Source: the human T2T-CHM13v2.0 reference genome, Homo sapiens | DNA length: 64,000 bases | Direction: 5' to 3' (one strand) | Assembly: GCF_009914755.1 (NCBI RefSeq) | Contig: NC_060942.1 | Shown: positions 41,442-55,989 of the stretch, piece by piece | Position numbering within the stretch: the first letter of the stretch is position 1 | Layout of the letters: every line of letters starts with the position of its first letter | The notes under the pieces: generated by a model | The model's input: the letters and a program-made list of their open reading frames with translations, nothing else | Told to the model about the DNA's origin: nothing | Database searches by the model: none | Translations under genes and position numbers: made by a program

Positions 41442-43954
41442 ATGAAACCTGTGGAAAACTTATTAATTCTCTCTGTATAATAATCTCCATAAATACATTA
41501 AAAATATCATTAAGTTAAATTAAATTAAAAATGTTGATCTCTATAATATCAACAGTATTTAATTTTCTTAATAGCAATATGCCAAATATCTTACATTTAT
41601 TTGCCTTTTTAAATATATAGGATATATATAGGATTTAAATATATAGGATGATATGGATTACCCTAATAAACTTGTTTCAGAATATTTTGGTCATTATTAG
41701 TTGCAACTGTTTCAGATGTTTATATATTTTCAGCTAAAAATTCATTCCCAGGTACAATATACCTATATAATATTAAGTTGAGATGTTCCCTATAGTTTAT
41801 CTGGCTCTTTCATTATGGTGCTTCTGTACATCTTTAATTGTTTCAGCTCATTATTGTTAAGCTTGACACAAAATGGTGTTAGGTAGTGTCAGACAAATAG
41901 GTAGATCTATATATACATTATATATTTATTTTGCTTCCTGACAAACATCTTACTATTTCCATTGATTTTCAATATCAAAAGCAAAGTACAGCCAACCTTG
42001 CATTAAGTTTACTTTCTAAATACTTTCTGGACTGACTTTTATAGTAACAATCTTAAAATAAAACATCACTGAGTTAGAAAGCAGATGTAATTATCTAATA
42101 ATTAATATAGTGGTTTTTGTCTCAGCTATGTCCTAGAGAGGTATTTGTGTTTTCAACACAGGTCTTATTATTTAGAAATATTCAAGGTTGCTATTAAACT
42201 GTAAAAAGGAATTCAATTGGGTACTCATGTTTGATCTTAGCAAGGCAGTATATTTTTTAAAATACTTCTCACTGTCATTTTAGTCATTTTTACTTATTAA
42301 TAAAATAGTCCAATAATTTAAAAGGCATTCTGAAAGGCTTCTTAACAAAACTCGATTAGTTTCTAATGTAATTTAATTTGATTTAATATAAGCATTCTGG
42401 TTTTTCATAAGTATTCAATTATGCAGTACAAAATATATATGGCATAATGGGAATTTATATTTGAAAGGGAGTTCAGTTTTGTGTTCTAGGTGAAATTATG
42501 CTCATGACAATAAATTTAGCACTGATATTGAGACTAACAATTTTTTCATTTCAATTGTTCTACTAGGGCTTATGTTTCTTGTTTCTAATTTGTAATAAAA
42601 TCAGAATAAAATCAGAACTGAGTTTTCTCAAATATATTTAGAGATAATCATAAATAGAATGGCAGTTTATATTAGGTATAGATATGAGAAACAAAGTGGC
42701 ATTTTCTTCAAGTCATTTAAGATAAAATGGCAATAATTGGTATTTCAATAAAACCTCATTTTCCTAAATACATTTATTCGACAATTTCTCCATTTTAGGC
42801 TGAAGCCATGTGTAGACAATAATGGAAAAAAATACATTTATTTGGCCAAAATGATGTTATACCATTCATGTATAAAACTTATTAGCTGTGGTCAGAGAAT
42901 ACTTTAGGCTTTATGGAGGGCTAATTCTCTTTATAATTTGTCACGTTTTCTATTTAATTTTTTGTCCATAGAAGATTAGACATATTGTGATTAACAAAAT
43001 GAATGACATTGTTATAACAACATTTCATAAGAGGTAGCCAATAACTTCTAGAAGAAAAATAACATAAAGGAGTCTTTGGAATAATAGTTACAGCCCTGAT
43101 GTTTAAGTAACTTGACTAAGCCATAATTCATGTGAAAAAGATTAGAGATTTTTAAATAAAATCACTGTCCATGTTAGGAAATAGTTTGACATTATTTCTA
43201 AAGAATAACTGCAACATTAAGCACTGTCATTGTTAGGACATGCTTGTTAAGGAGGGTAACTAATTAAACAGATATTGTAGAGCAGCGCTCCTGAATCAGT
43301 CAGTCTGAGCTAAGACTGGAGTTTCTAGCTGGTACCAATAATCCATCATGGATCACATATTGGGAGTCAAGGATCTGAAATCCTTCCAGAACGATGTGTT
43401 TTATCCCATGTGTAATTATTTAAGAGTATTGTTAGCTAACTCAATTATATTTAAAAATGTAATCTTGTTTCTTGAAAATACATCGTTTCAAGAAAAAAAA
43501 AGTAACTGAGGAATGAAAGAATTGAGACAGACATACATAACACGGAGGAGGAGAAGGTGTAGCCACTTCCCTGATGATTTGAGCAACTGCCATTTGTTTC
43601 TCCAAAGATTCTACTTAAATGAGAGCTTGCTAACAGTTAGAACTGTCTAAAATAAAATGGACTTCCTGCCAAAGCAGGTGCCTCCTGGTAGCTAAGCATA
43701 TTCTCCATAGAATGGCTAATCATCTGGGGATTCCTGCAGTAGTCTAATTTAGGAGATAGTCTTAAAACTCACCTGTATTTCCATCCTGTTATTCAGCTGT
43801 TAGGTTCTTATTTTTCTTAAAGCTCTTAGAATCTTGGGGAAAGAGTATCATCTTCAAATAATAGACCATGATTCTTTGGATAAAGGGAATATATGTGGAC
43901 ATGTAGTTGAAGTTACCCAGTACAAATCACATGCCGCTGGAGGATATTAATCAG

Positions 43955-44185
43955 AGATAATATTTTAGCATTTATTTTGTCCAGGCATTGTGCAATACCA
44001 TGTACATGCATGTTTGTCAGCTATCTCTCACAACAAACTAATGAGATATTTTCCCTGCTTACAGTTGAGGAAGGGCAGACTAAGTTATAAAATTAGCTTG
44101 ACTTGGAATATACACTTCGTATATAGTAGAGACTAGATTCAAACCCAGTCTGTGTAATTAAAGAATTTAAATTCTTAACCACTGC
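43955..44185 (-). mobile_element. MIR
   Basis: ccaggcattgtgc...ctcacaacaa...ttacagttgaggaa...gattcaaacccagtctgt...tcttaaccact. Confidence 0.8.
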
Positions 44186-44914
44186 TTCTCACTGGGGAGG
44201 ATAAAAGGAGAACAATCCAGTAAATTAGGATGAATGCTGCCCTTTATCCTGCTGATAAAGTCCTCTTGAACTTCAAATGATCACATGCTGCTCTCCTGGC
44301 AGGACCTTGCACTGAAGAATCAGGAAGTTTCTAACTCAATGTTGAGTTGTATAATTATGTAGCATCTAAATGGATAGTACATCACTTCAGTTTAGGTGAT
44401 TCTCTCTTATTAAAGTCTGTAGGAGTTCATGACTGATTCCTATCATTATGTAAAATAAAAATCTTAGTTTTTGTTTTGGTGAAAGTAACACAGTATCCAT
44501 ATTTTTATAAACTTTACCAAATACCCTTCTTTTCAAAGAAACTTTAGTTCAATGAAGAAAAGGTATGCTTTTAAGTGTCAAGAATAAATTTTATTATTAA
44601 TTGACATTAATGAGGTATATTGTTAATAACATTTTAGTTTTCTCATCTTGCAGAAAAGCCTTCTGCCACTGTTTTTCACAGTGCACTTCTGAGTAACATT
44701 TAAGGAGGTAGACTGAACAAAATATTCAAAGTCCTAAACAGAAATTCAGAAAACATTTAATTATATAAAATAATAATAATAAGAAAGCATATATTTAAGC
44801 TTGGAAAGGGCAGCTTAAAATAAAGTCAAGCAGAAAAAATATCGTCCATTTAACTTACATAAGAAAAGGCATAGCTTTCTGATAAACTCTTGAGGATTAA
44901 AATACGTAATTGCT

Positions 44915-45228
<314 letters not shown>

Positions 45229-46668
45229 TTATTAACAGCGAGAAAAGAATAAAGAAATGAGCATAATACTTTTATACCCATAACAATGTTAATTATGTTA
45301 AAAAAGAAAGAATGAATGTGAAAAATAATAAATTAATACCAGTTATTGAATTAATTAGTAGGATATCTAATAGCTCTTCTTTTGTGTTGTATGTCTAATA
45401 ATATGATTGATGAAAAAGATGATTTTTTATTAAAGGATATATTCTACTTTATTAATATCTATTTTACTTAAAATGTGATTCATCTTTCTTTTATTTTCCC
45501 TTTCTCTTTTTATTATAAAATATTTAAATAAATTATTTATTTAGTCAATATTTAAAAGGCACAAAAAATGGTGAAAGCCCAGGGAATTAATGCTAGACAG
45601 GTAGATCAACATATATCTACAGAGAAGACTATAATTAAGAAACCAAGTATTTAAAAAATATCCTTACTCTTTTTTACAACGGCCTAGCTTTTTTTTTCAT
45701 TACAGATTATAAAGACAGAAAGGATCTTGGAGGTAAATGAGCCCCAACTTTCTCATTTACAGAATGAGGAAGTGAAGGCCAAAGGTATAAAACTGATTTG
45801 TGCAAAAGAAATGACATGATTTTGAACTTCTGATTTTAACCTCCATGTTCTTTCTAGCATGCCATTAATATTTGACATGTGTTTTCTGCATGTAATGGTA
45901 GAAGTTCTTACAAATTTCAACATTGTCTCTTTGAATAAGTGAAAACAAAATCAAAATATGGGTAGCAAAACAGTAATGGAAAACACATTATTCTATATTA
46001 ATGAAAAAGAGTTTACAGGGTGATTAAATGAGCCACACAAATTATAAAGATGTAGTTATTTGATTAGTATTGTCGCCATGCACAGTGGTTTTGCCATCTG
46101 GGCTCAAATTTTATGTCTACAAAGCAATAATAATAGGTACTGCCTACTTCAGTGAATTGTAGTAATGATTAAAAGACTGCCTGTGAATGTTATTTATAAA
46201 CTATTTAGATCGATATGTCGATGTAAGTTATAAGAAATCAAGTTCTGTAGACATCTTACATTACAGGTGAAAAAAATGAAGAATTTATAAGAATTAAGGA
46301 ATTGTCCAAGACCATAGAAATATACAAGAGCAGAATCAATAATCAGTTTATTGTCACCTATCACTTTCCATTTATGTCTTAATAGTGTTGTTCAGCTATC
46401 ATTCTTTTCAGTGTCTTCTTCCAGGGAATTTTACTAGGAAAAAATTAATCTTTAGGCAGATATTATCATGCATTATAAATCATTACATTCCAATTCTTTT
46501 ATGTGTTATCTTTTGTATTTTTCTTCTAAAATTGAAGTGCCACGTTCTTGCAAGGAATAACATAGCTAAGCTATATTAGTTTCAATGTGGAAGAATGATA
46601 CATTGTTTTGCACTTAATAGATTTATTTCATTTACCACTTAATGTTTAGTGTCTTTAAGATTAACATA

Positions 46669-46975
<307 letters not shown>

Positions 46976-47904
46976 TTAACATAAATAATTTTTTAACCAA
47001 TTATAAGTCCCTTTTAGACATCAGGACAGTATTAACCTACAAGCTATATATATTTTCACATACTTACAGCACTTCTCTTTTTAGAGGTAAGATGACTCTG
47101 ATTAATCATTTTAGGAGTAGGGCACTACTAATCTTATATGTGCGACAATCTAATATGGCATATGCTTGCATGGGTGATTAGCTAAAAATTATTTATGCAC
47201 TATTACATAATTTAAGTACATAAAATATATGTTAATGGAGTTGTGTGCGACTGCATCTAAAATCTTTAAAAAGTAAAGCAATAATGAGTCATTCAAGTAA
47301 TAGTAAAATATATACACATAAACTATTGGAGATTACTGATTCTTCAGAGAGATAAACGTCTATCAAAATAAAAAATAAATTATTGTACAGGATGAAATGA
47401 TATATAATTAACCAAATCTGTCTTGTCACATATCGTCTCCAAAAAGACTGAAAGTAAAGTAAGACAGACTACCAAACTCAGGGCAATTAGTGGTCCCTCA
47501 GAAAAATTTTTTAAGATAGATTTTGATTTGATTCCACTTATATTGCTGCTTGCATTTCATTATCTAAATACAACTGCTCTCAATATTTTTCATTGAAAGA
47601 TGAGCCATCCACATTTGAATTTTAATACTAAATCAAATCCAATGCCAAAATTGATTTATTTGTTAAATGCAGTCATGAAGTAACCTGCTCCAGATTTATT
47701 CAGATATACCCAGAATCCAAACCCTATCTTTACACTTGATATGTTTCTTTATTAAGAGAATATATATAATTTTTCAAAATAGGCAAGAGGTAGATTTTAG
47801 TTAAATTTTACTCTTTTCAGGTTCTTGCAATATCTAGCTTTTTACTACTTGAAGATTTTTTTTTAAATGTAGCTCACTGCTATTTAAAATAAAATTACTG
47901 TACA

Positions 47905-48140
47905 ACTATAGAGAGAGAAAGTAGATTACTGTTCATTTAAGGCTGAAGGGAGAGTTGGGGAGAAATAAGAGTGACTGGTACAAAATACAGGGTTTCATTT
48001 TTTGAGTGATAAAGGTTCTAAATTGATTGTGGTGCTGGTTGCATAACTCCCTGAATATAGTAAAAACAATTGAATTGTACATTTTAAATGCATGAACTGT
48101 ATGGTATATAAATTATATCTTAGTAAAGCAGTTAAAATTT
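47905..48140 (+). mobile_element. L1MB 3' end
   Basis: gaaagtagatta...gttctaaattgattgtggtgctggttgcataact...aattatatcttagtaaagcagtt. Confidence 0.8.
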
Positions 48141-48519
48141 TAGCCTACAAAATAAAAAGAGAAAAATTATACTTTTACTTTTCAATAGTTAATTTAATAA
48201 TTACCATGAATGAAACAATTCTATAAGAATGGTTTGATAATTCCAAATTTTGAGCATATTCGATTATCATGGCTTATGGGTTACGTTTCCAAGCATTTAC
48301 CAATGTGGGTCAAGTTTATAAGGTTTATTTCAAATGATCACAGTTTTTGACCAAAGTCTATATTCTTGTTTAAGACTCAAGGGAGAAATATCATTATATT
48401 GAAATAATACCTTCTTGTCTAAGACTCCCAATAGGGAAAAATTACTATCGTATTGAGAAACTATTGACTACTTTCTCGTGCCAAGGATTTACTCCTCTGT
48501 TCAAAGTGTTTTTAAGTGA

Positions 48520-48740
48520 TCATTGCTACATTTATTGTTGATATATTGTAAATTCTTTTTCATATATACTCAACTGTCTAATTCTCATCATACCCTATAG
48601 GATATATGATGTAATTATTCCCATATTATAGATTATTAAATTATGGCAAAGAGAAGGTAGGTAGCTTGATCAGTTGCAATATTAGGACTTACGTCCGAGA
48701 GTTTCAACTATAACATGAATCAGACTCTAGAAATTCAGAT
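48520..48740 (-). mobile_element. MIR
   Basis: aattctcatcataccctat...attattcccatattatagat...ggcaaagagaaggtaggtagcttg. Confidence 0.6.
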
Positions 48741-50244
48741 TTCAAGTATTATGCATTATGGCTAGTTAATATTTGTAAACATAAACAAGAGTTCTTGATG
48801 GCGTGGCTGGGTAAGGTTGTATCCATATTTATTATGAAAACCAAAATAATTTCATAGCAAGTCATAAATAAGTTGGCGCAACATTGTAAATATCCTTTTG
48901 ATGTTAGAGGTTTATTATAGTGGTGGTAATAGGGCTCTATTATATTGGTAGTGATAAAAATGCCTAACATTTATATAATATTTGATCTATGAAAGAACAC
49001 AATAGAAAATTATAATTTCCATATTAATGTTAAGTATGTTGAGATATAAATGTATAAAGTAACTCAAGGACAGTCATGCAGCTAGATACTAGAAGAGGCC
49101 AACTATTCTTAACATAAAAGATTTACATAATATTTCTGGAGAGTCAGAAAGAAAGATTATATAAAATGTTAAATGATCTCCTGCAAGGAATTCAGACATT
49201 TTAGTTTTGTAGGTATATTAATTCAAAACAATAACTTTTTAACTCTCTGCCCCTAATAAGCTCCTCCTAACTTTCCCACCATGAAAATCATTGTTTAAAG
49301 GCATGTAGGTGTGCCTAGGCACGGGCTTATTGACAAGTAGATCAATTAACTATAGGAAATTGTATCAAATATAGTATTAAGCACTATGTATGGGTATTTT
49401 ACGGAGTTCAAGTCACATGAAAGCCTAATTTTATTTTTGGTTAGAAATTCCAAAAGCATCTCTAATTTTTTGCATCTCAGGTACGTAATCCACATTATAG
49501 TAGAAGTCAATCACTCTGTAATCAGAAAAGCATGTGAAATAAAATAAAAGATGTACATTTCACTACCCAGCTTAATCAATAGGGGGTGGTGTGTGGGTAT
49601 ATGTATCTAGGGAAAAACAGGGCAAAATACATTCTCAGTAGATCTGGGCTTAATATTAACGCTACTTTTCAAAACCTTAAAACATAAACAAGTATAAATA
49701 TTTGAACCTAATGTCTCAGACACTTTCCTGTTTTTTGCTAGTCCTTTAAAGTTGATTTTCTAGAAAGATGTGTTTATACACCCATTAATTTTTACAGCCA
49801 CACTCAATAACAAACCCACTCCAATATGGCACCTGCCACCATTCAATAAGAATAGTTTTCACTATGTTCAATGACTTGCATGTTCACAGGTCCATGAACA
49901 TTTCAGAACTCGTCTCACTTGATTTTTCAGAGCCATTTACAAAATTGACCCTTTTTCACATTGACTGTCTTCCTGTAGTCTCTATGATGGCGTATCTTCT
50001 TTCTGTGGGTACTTCTATGAGCTCATCTTCTTTCTTACTTTGGGCTTTTAATTTTCCTATACCTATTAACTAAACTATTTCCTCAAGATTACATATTTCT
50101 CTCCTTTCACTGTATATTCTATCACCAATACTTTTTCTATATTTTACAAAAGAAATAACATGCACATACACACATATATATACATATGATAGAAAACGAA
50201 TACTAATAGATTGAAAATAGAGGTTATTTGACCCCCCTCAAAAA

Positions 50245-52290
50245 AAAACCAGGATGGCAACTTGTGGAATATTGGAATATTAATCTCTGAAAATTTAAGT
50301 GTATTTAAAAGCAATAACATTGGCAAAATCGCCAAAAATCATTTTTTAAATTTAGAAATTAACAAAAAGCTATGACCATGTAAGAAAGTTTATTCAAGAA
50401 TAATTGCTGAATCTGGTAAGGAGAGTAAATGTTATTATATTTTTACCTTTTCTAATCCCATCACTCTCTCTCTAGCTCCAAAGAAGCGTTGAAAACCAAC
50501 AACCTCTCCACTATATTAGCAGTCATATCAAGCAATCTATCAGTCACTGGAGGAGAAATAATAAGTTTGTAGCTACCCAAAAGTTTCATTACTAGAGAAC
50601 TGGCTAATTTGACCAAGAAACAAGAAAAAAAGATCCAACTACTAAAATCTGAAATAAGTGGGAAGGCATTCCTGCTAACCTATAAAAATGCAAAGAATTA
50701 TAAGGGAATACCGAAAACATTATAGAAAAAAATCAAAAGAATACACACAAATACAGCTATATCTCAATAACATGTTCAATATAGTTGAAGGATTCTGGAG
50801 CAACATTGTGAATAAGTTGCCTTGTAGACACTAAAAATTAACAATGCAAGACCAGATTGAAAGCAATTCCATTTGCAAAAGATATCAAAGCATTCAAAAC
50901 AAGAATACATTTAACATGATAAGTGCAAGGCTTGTAAACTGAAAACTGCATTAAAGGTAATTTTCAAAGACCTAAATAAATGGACAAATTTTTCGCATTC
51001 ATGAATTGGAAACTTAATGTTGGTAAGATGGCAATATTTCTAAACCAATTTAATGATTCAACACATACCCTATCAAAATCTCAGCTGCAATGTTTTTGGA
51101 GAAACAAGCAAGTTGTTCCTAATATTCATATGGAAATGAAAGGAATCCAGAATAAACCAAACAATGTTGAAAATAATAACAAAAGTTGGAGGACTCAAAT
51201 TGCTTCATTTAATGTTATTACATACCTATGGTGATCAAGATACTGTGGTGCTGCTATAAAGATCAAAATATAAATTAATAAAGAAAATTACTACAAAATG
51301 AACTCCAGACAACCAAAATACAGAGATTTTGACATAAGAAATGGTGATGAGCAATACATATATGCTTACTTTTACAACTAAGATTAAATGAGGATTTATA
51401 GAATGGCAATATGCTGTATAATGGCCATTTGATCTGACAATGTAGATATAGCACACAAACAAAAGAGAGATGGAAATAGCACACGTAAGACATTATTTTT
51501 CTTTCCATCAGTAAAATTAGTGGTGGCAACAACAGTATTGTTACATTGTGAGTGTTGTCCATGTAAATTTGCATACAACAAATGAGTACTTAAGAAACGT
51601 TATTATGATGTCCCTTTTGCTATTAAAAACTAAAATTTTTAGTATGGGAAAAGAAGATAGAGATGTAATACACAGGAGATTAAGTATACATCCTGAAATT
51701 TCAAAATTGATAAATATCAGCATGATTAATGTATGTTATTAGCTATCATTTTTTTTTCTAGCTTCTCCACTTAAAATGTCTAGAAATAGCCACTCTACCA
51801 ATTAGCAAGTAGTAATGAGGAAGCCTAGTGAAAAGGTTTTTATCTTGCCAAAAAGATTTGTTTCTCCCATTGACTCTGCTATTGTAAAATATACAACTAC
51901 TTCTTTACTTTCTGCTTCTAAACCTTATGCAATTTGTCTCGTGTGGCTAATGCTAACTTCTAACTACACAGGGAAGAGAATTACCACAATAGAAATCCAT
52001 CCCATACAATGCCTATTGATGTGTATGTGGTTGATAACGTCAAAAACATTGTATGGAAGTAATCAATATAAAAGTCAGGACAGTGGTTATTTGTAGAAGA
52101 GAGGAGACCACTAAGATTGAAAGAGTGTAAATAGATATTTTTGGGGTACGTAGCAAAGTTCTATCTTGACTTAGGTGGTCATTGTACAGTGTTTTTGCCT
52201 AATAATATTGTTCAGTAATCTATATATTTGCCTTTTATGGTTTTATATATCTATATTTTATTTTACAATAAAATGATCTTTTTAAAAGAC
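50245..52290 (+). mobile_element. Degenerate L1MC/MD element (5' region, ORF2 pieces, 3'UTR)
   Basis: ORF 50980-51234 resembles ORF2 (LNVGKMAIF...IHMEMKG). The 3' end is ...aagttctatcttgacttaggtgg...tattttacaataaaa. Confidence 0.7.
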
Positions 52291-53833
52291 ATGAAGATAA
52301 ATATATTTTTGAGATACCTGTGGGATATTCAAGGACAGATGCATAAAGTTAGTTTTGTATATATTTCAAGTTCAGGAAGGAGATTAGAGTTAGAAATAGA
52401 GATTTGTTTGCCATCATAGGAGAGTGAAAAAAGCAAGAAGAGAATAGTGCTAAGGCCAGAGCCATAGGACAGCCAAAGGGAGGCACTGAGAATAATACTG
52501 AAATATGGAATAAAAAAAAAGACATAAGATAATAAGCTGAAGATGCTATTTATGGTGATCTATACACTAACTAGTTACTGTCATATGAAATGTTACAGAA
52601 AAGTGATTTCTGAAGCAATTGTTCCCCTTGCCAGGCTGAGAATGCATAGTAAAGAAACAGTGACATGTACCAGCTGACAACACGCTCTCTAGCAGCCCGC
52701 AGGCTCTTCCTGCTCTAAACATTCATAATAAATGTCATGTCCTTACAAAAAGTGTTGGCAATGATCTCTTGTCTTCTTTAGGGTGTAAAACTTAATATGT
52801 TGGCAGAACTTTCATGTTACTCTTGTAATATAACCAGATTCTTTTTATAATTCATCAAGATGAGAAGAAGCTGTGGCATGAATTGGGCAAGGTTTTGTTA
52901 GTTTCTGCAATGCCTAGAAAAGCATATATTTTTACATGATTGTTTTGAATTTTCATATTATTCATTCTTAAAACAATGCAATATTTATTATTTTAGAAAT
53001 ATTTTGGTTCTTTTTGGTGTCCATGTATTAATTCTAATTGAGTCCCTGAAAAGCAACACTAAATTTCAATCTTGTTATAAACTGTTCTGTGAAGATATAC
53101 ATTTATTCACTCCAAAAGCAAGGAATTTATTTTATTACAATCAAATGTTTAGTTTGAAAATCTGAGAAACATCACAGTTAACTAAAACATCTATTCTAAA
53201 AATAATTTCCATTTAGTAAACCTAGGTGGAACACTTCCAATAAAACTGAAGTGCTCTTGAATGTATCCATCATATGCTTAAAAAATGTTACAGGCTTGAA
53301 AATGTTAAGAATGATGAGTGCAAGATAATTGAGTACAGGATTATATGAAACCAAAGCTCATATAACCCTTTGCAGCCATGGTAGCTTAGTGGGAAAATCT
53401 TGCTTCTTAAGTCAAGTGGAATTTCTTCATTGTAATGGACTATAATCAGAAGCAATGATGAATCTTTAAATGAAGATGTGGTATTCCGTAACACATGAGC
53501 CAAACACAGCTATTGCTCTGAAAAGATAAAGTTATATCATAGCAATCATAATAAGCCAATGTCTTACATGGTAAGAAGGCAGGAGTATATTGTGTTTTAC
53601 ATACATTCATCCAGGTACGCTACATTCTAAAATAGCACATAAAGAAAGAAGTCTATTATCAAACCACTTTTGAAATAATTTTTCAGGCCAATTTTATATT
53701 CTTAAAACTAATTATCAAAGTCAACTATAACTTTTCCCATTCATGAAAAAGACATAACAGGAAGAAAAGAGTTCCCCTATAAAACACCACCACCTGACAT
53801 CTGCTATCCAGTATAGACTAAGATGTATTGTAA

Positions 53834-54535
53834 TGTTGGATACAGTGAGTTCCTCTTCAAAGTTCCACTTGTTCCACTCCCTCGCTCTTTGTCCTCTATT
53901 TTCAAAGCCCAACTTCCTTGCCTCCTTGCCCCTAGTTATGGTAAACAACCTTCCAGCTGTTCCCAATCTGTAACCCACATCCATTCCCAATCTGTAACCC
54001 ACATCCATTCCCAATCTCTAACCCACATCCATTCCCAATCTGTAACCCACATCCATTCCCAATCTGTAACCCACATCCATTCCCAATCTGTAACCCACAT
54101 CCATTCCCAATCTGTAACCCACATCCATTCCCAATCTCTAACCCACATCCATTCCAAATCTGTAACTCACATCCATTCCCAGTCTGTAACCCACATCCAT
54201 TCCCAATCTGTAACAACTCACATCTGTTCCTTATTTGGCACCCTTAGTTCCAAAACTGCTCTTCCTGCCACTGCAGCCCCATCCCTACTCCATTTGAAGT
54301 AGCCATTTGAGGTCAGCTTAGATTGTGCAGTCCGACTCCAGCCAATGGGGACCAGACACAGTAGCAAGGACTAACTGCATTAGGGATAAAAACCCCTTCC
54401 CTCCTTACTTCAGTGTGCTCTCACAGTGACCAGAAAAGTGAACAGCACCCTTCTACAGAAGTAAATTTGCCTAGGTGCGAAATCTTTTGTTCGAGCGCTT
54501 GTTTACTTTGTGACTCCGAGCTCTTATTTCCAACA
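53834..54535 (+). mobile_element. 5' LTR (702 bp, LTR10-like)
   Basis: Terminal inverted TGTTGG/CCAACA, CCAAT box at ~54342, TATA-like GATAAAA at ~54385, AGTAAA poly(A)-like signal at 54460. Confidence 0.93.
53960..54228. repeat. 24-bp VNTR (TTCCCAATCTGTAACCCACATCCA) x ~11 in the 5' LTR
   Basis: 10 full units plus 1 degenerate unit, visible as (SQSVTHIH)n in the ORF track. Confidence 0.97.
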
Positions 54536-54538
54536 ATT

Positions 54539-54556
54539 TGGGGGCTCATCTGGGAT
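54539..54556 (+). other. Primer-binding site, tRNA-Pro type
   Basis: TGGGGGCTCATCTGGGAT versus consensus TGGGGGCTCGTCCGGGAT; two CpG-decay changes. Confidence 0.9.
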
Positions 54557-54897
54557 TCCCATTCTCCTCCAGGGAAAGGTTTCCAGTCCCCTCTCATGAG
54601 AAGATGCATCTCACTGCCTTGTTGCAGTGGCCTCAGGGTAAGGAATTGGGACCCACCCAGTGTGACAAATAAACCTGGACTCTCAGCAATGCAGGCAGAA
54701 AGGATCCTCACATACCGCGGCGACCAGGTAACTCTCTGTGCAGACCAAGGTAAGAAACATCAGGGGGGCAACAAAGTATTTCCTTGGTGGTCGGGATAAA
54801 GGCAAGAAATCTCCAATAAGAGGGGTTGAGCCTTTAGAGAAGGGAAAGGTAGGAAATCTCTAGGGTGAGGGATTGAGCCTCAGGTCAAATCTCTAGG

Positions 54898-55960
54898 GTG
54901 GGAAATACCCCAAGACTCCTTTATCCCCTGAAAACTACAGGTGTATGGGATCCCCTAGAACGCCTTTGCCCACTTAATACCCCTGATCCTAACCTCCCAC
55001 CGCATCAGGGAGGCAGCTGCTGCTGCCCCAGACCCCACCCCAGATCCTTCCCTTACTCATGTTATTCCTCCTCCTTACAACCCTGACTCTTGGGAATTAT
55101 TGTCTCATGAGCCTGCTCATTACCACCTAAGTACCCTTCCTTAAAAGGACTTAAATGTGAGGTAGAGCAATGTAAAAAGGATATTCAGAGCTTCCCTTTC
55201 CCTTCTACCTCTAAGGAATCAGCTCCCACCCTCTTCCCGTTAAGAGAGGTGCCCCTAGGACGGGGAGCCATTGGCTTCACGAATTTCCCCTTAACGAGCT
55301 TGGAAGTTCAAAATTTGAAAAAAGAACTCAAGCCACTGTTAGATGACCCTTATGGAGTGGTGGATCTAATTGTCCAATCCAGTTGCATACTTGAGCCTAG
55401 TTAACGTCCATCCTGGACATCCTCTTCTCAGGGGAAGAAAGGAGCATGATTCATAGGGCTGCTATGGTAATTTGGGAACGTGAACATTCTCCTGGTCAAA
55501 ACGTTCTCTCCACAGACCAAAAATTCCCCACCTAAGACCACTGAAGGGACAATAACAATGCAGCTCACCAGGAAAATAGGCAAGACCTTAGGGAAATGAT
55601 AATAAAAGGAATTTGGGAATCAGTACCCCAAACACAAAATCTTTCCTGAGCATTCAACATACAACAAAGGAAAGATGAAGGGCCTATGGGATTCTTAGAC
55701 AGACTAAAAGAGCAAATGAGAAAATATGTGGGCCTAGATTTAGAAGATCCCCTTGAGCAGGGAATGCTAAAGCTTCATTTTGTCACTAATAGTTGGGCAG
55801 ACATCTCAAGGAAATTACAAAAAATAAAGAATTGGAAAGATCATCCTGTGAACTAACTCCTTAGAGAAGCTCAGAAAGTATACATAAGGAGGGATGAAGA
55901 GAAGCAAAAACAAAAAGCAAAAATTATGTTATCCACCTTCCAGCAGGGGGCTCCAAAGGA
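54898..55960 (+). pseudogene. gag: ERV gag remnant
   Basis: Met-Gly-like start GTGGGAAATACCCCA. Capsid major homology region QQRKDEGPMGFLDRLKEQMRKY at ~55660-55727. Stop codons and deletions present. Confidence 0.85.
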
Positions 55961-55989
55961 TAAGGTCCACCAAAATTACTCTCCATGGG

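Noticed and set aside
53960-54228. CRISPR-like appearance of regular 24-bp repeats
   Set aside because: The units are head-to-tail with no unique spacers, there are no cas genes, and the DNA is primate.
53823-54302. 159-aa ORF with SQSVTHIH repeats, and the opposite-strand GNGCGLQI / WEWMWVTD repeat ORFs
   Set aside because: These are by-products of a stop-free 24-bp VNTR inside an LTR. There is no evidence of a real repeat protein.
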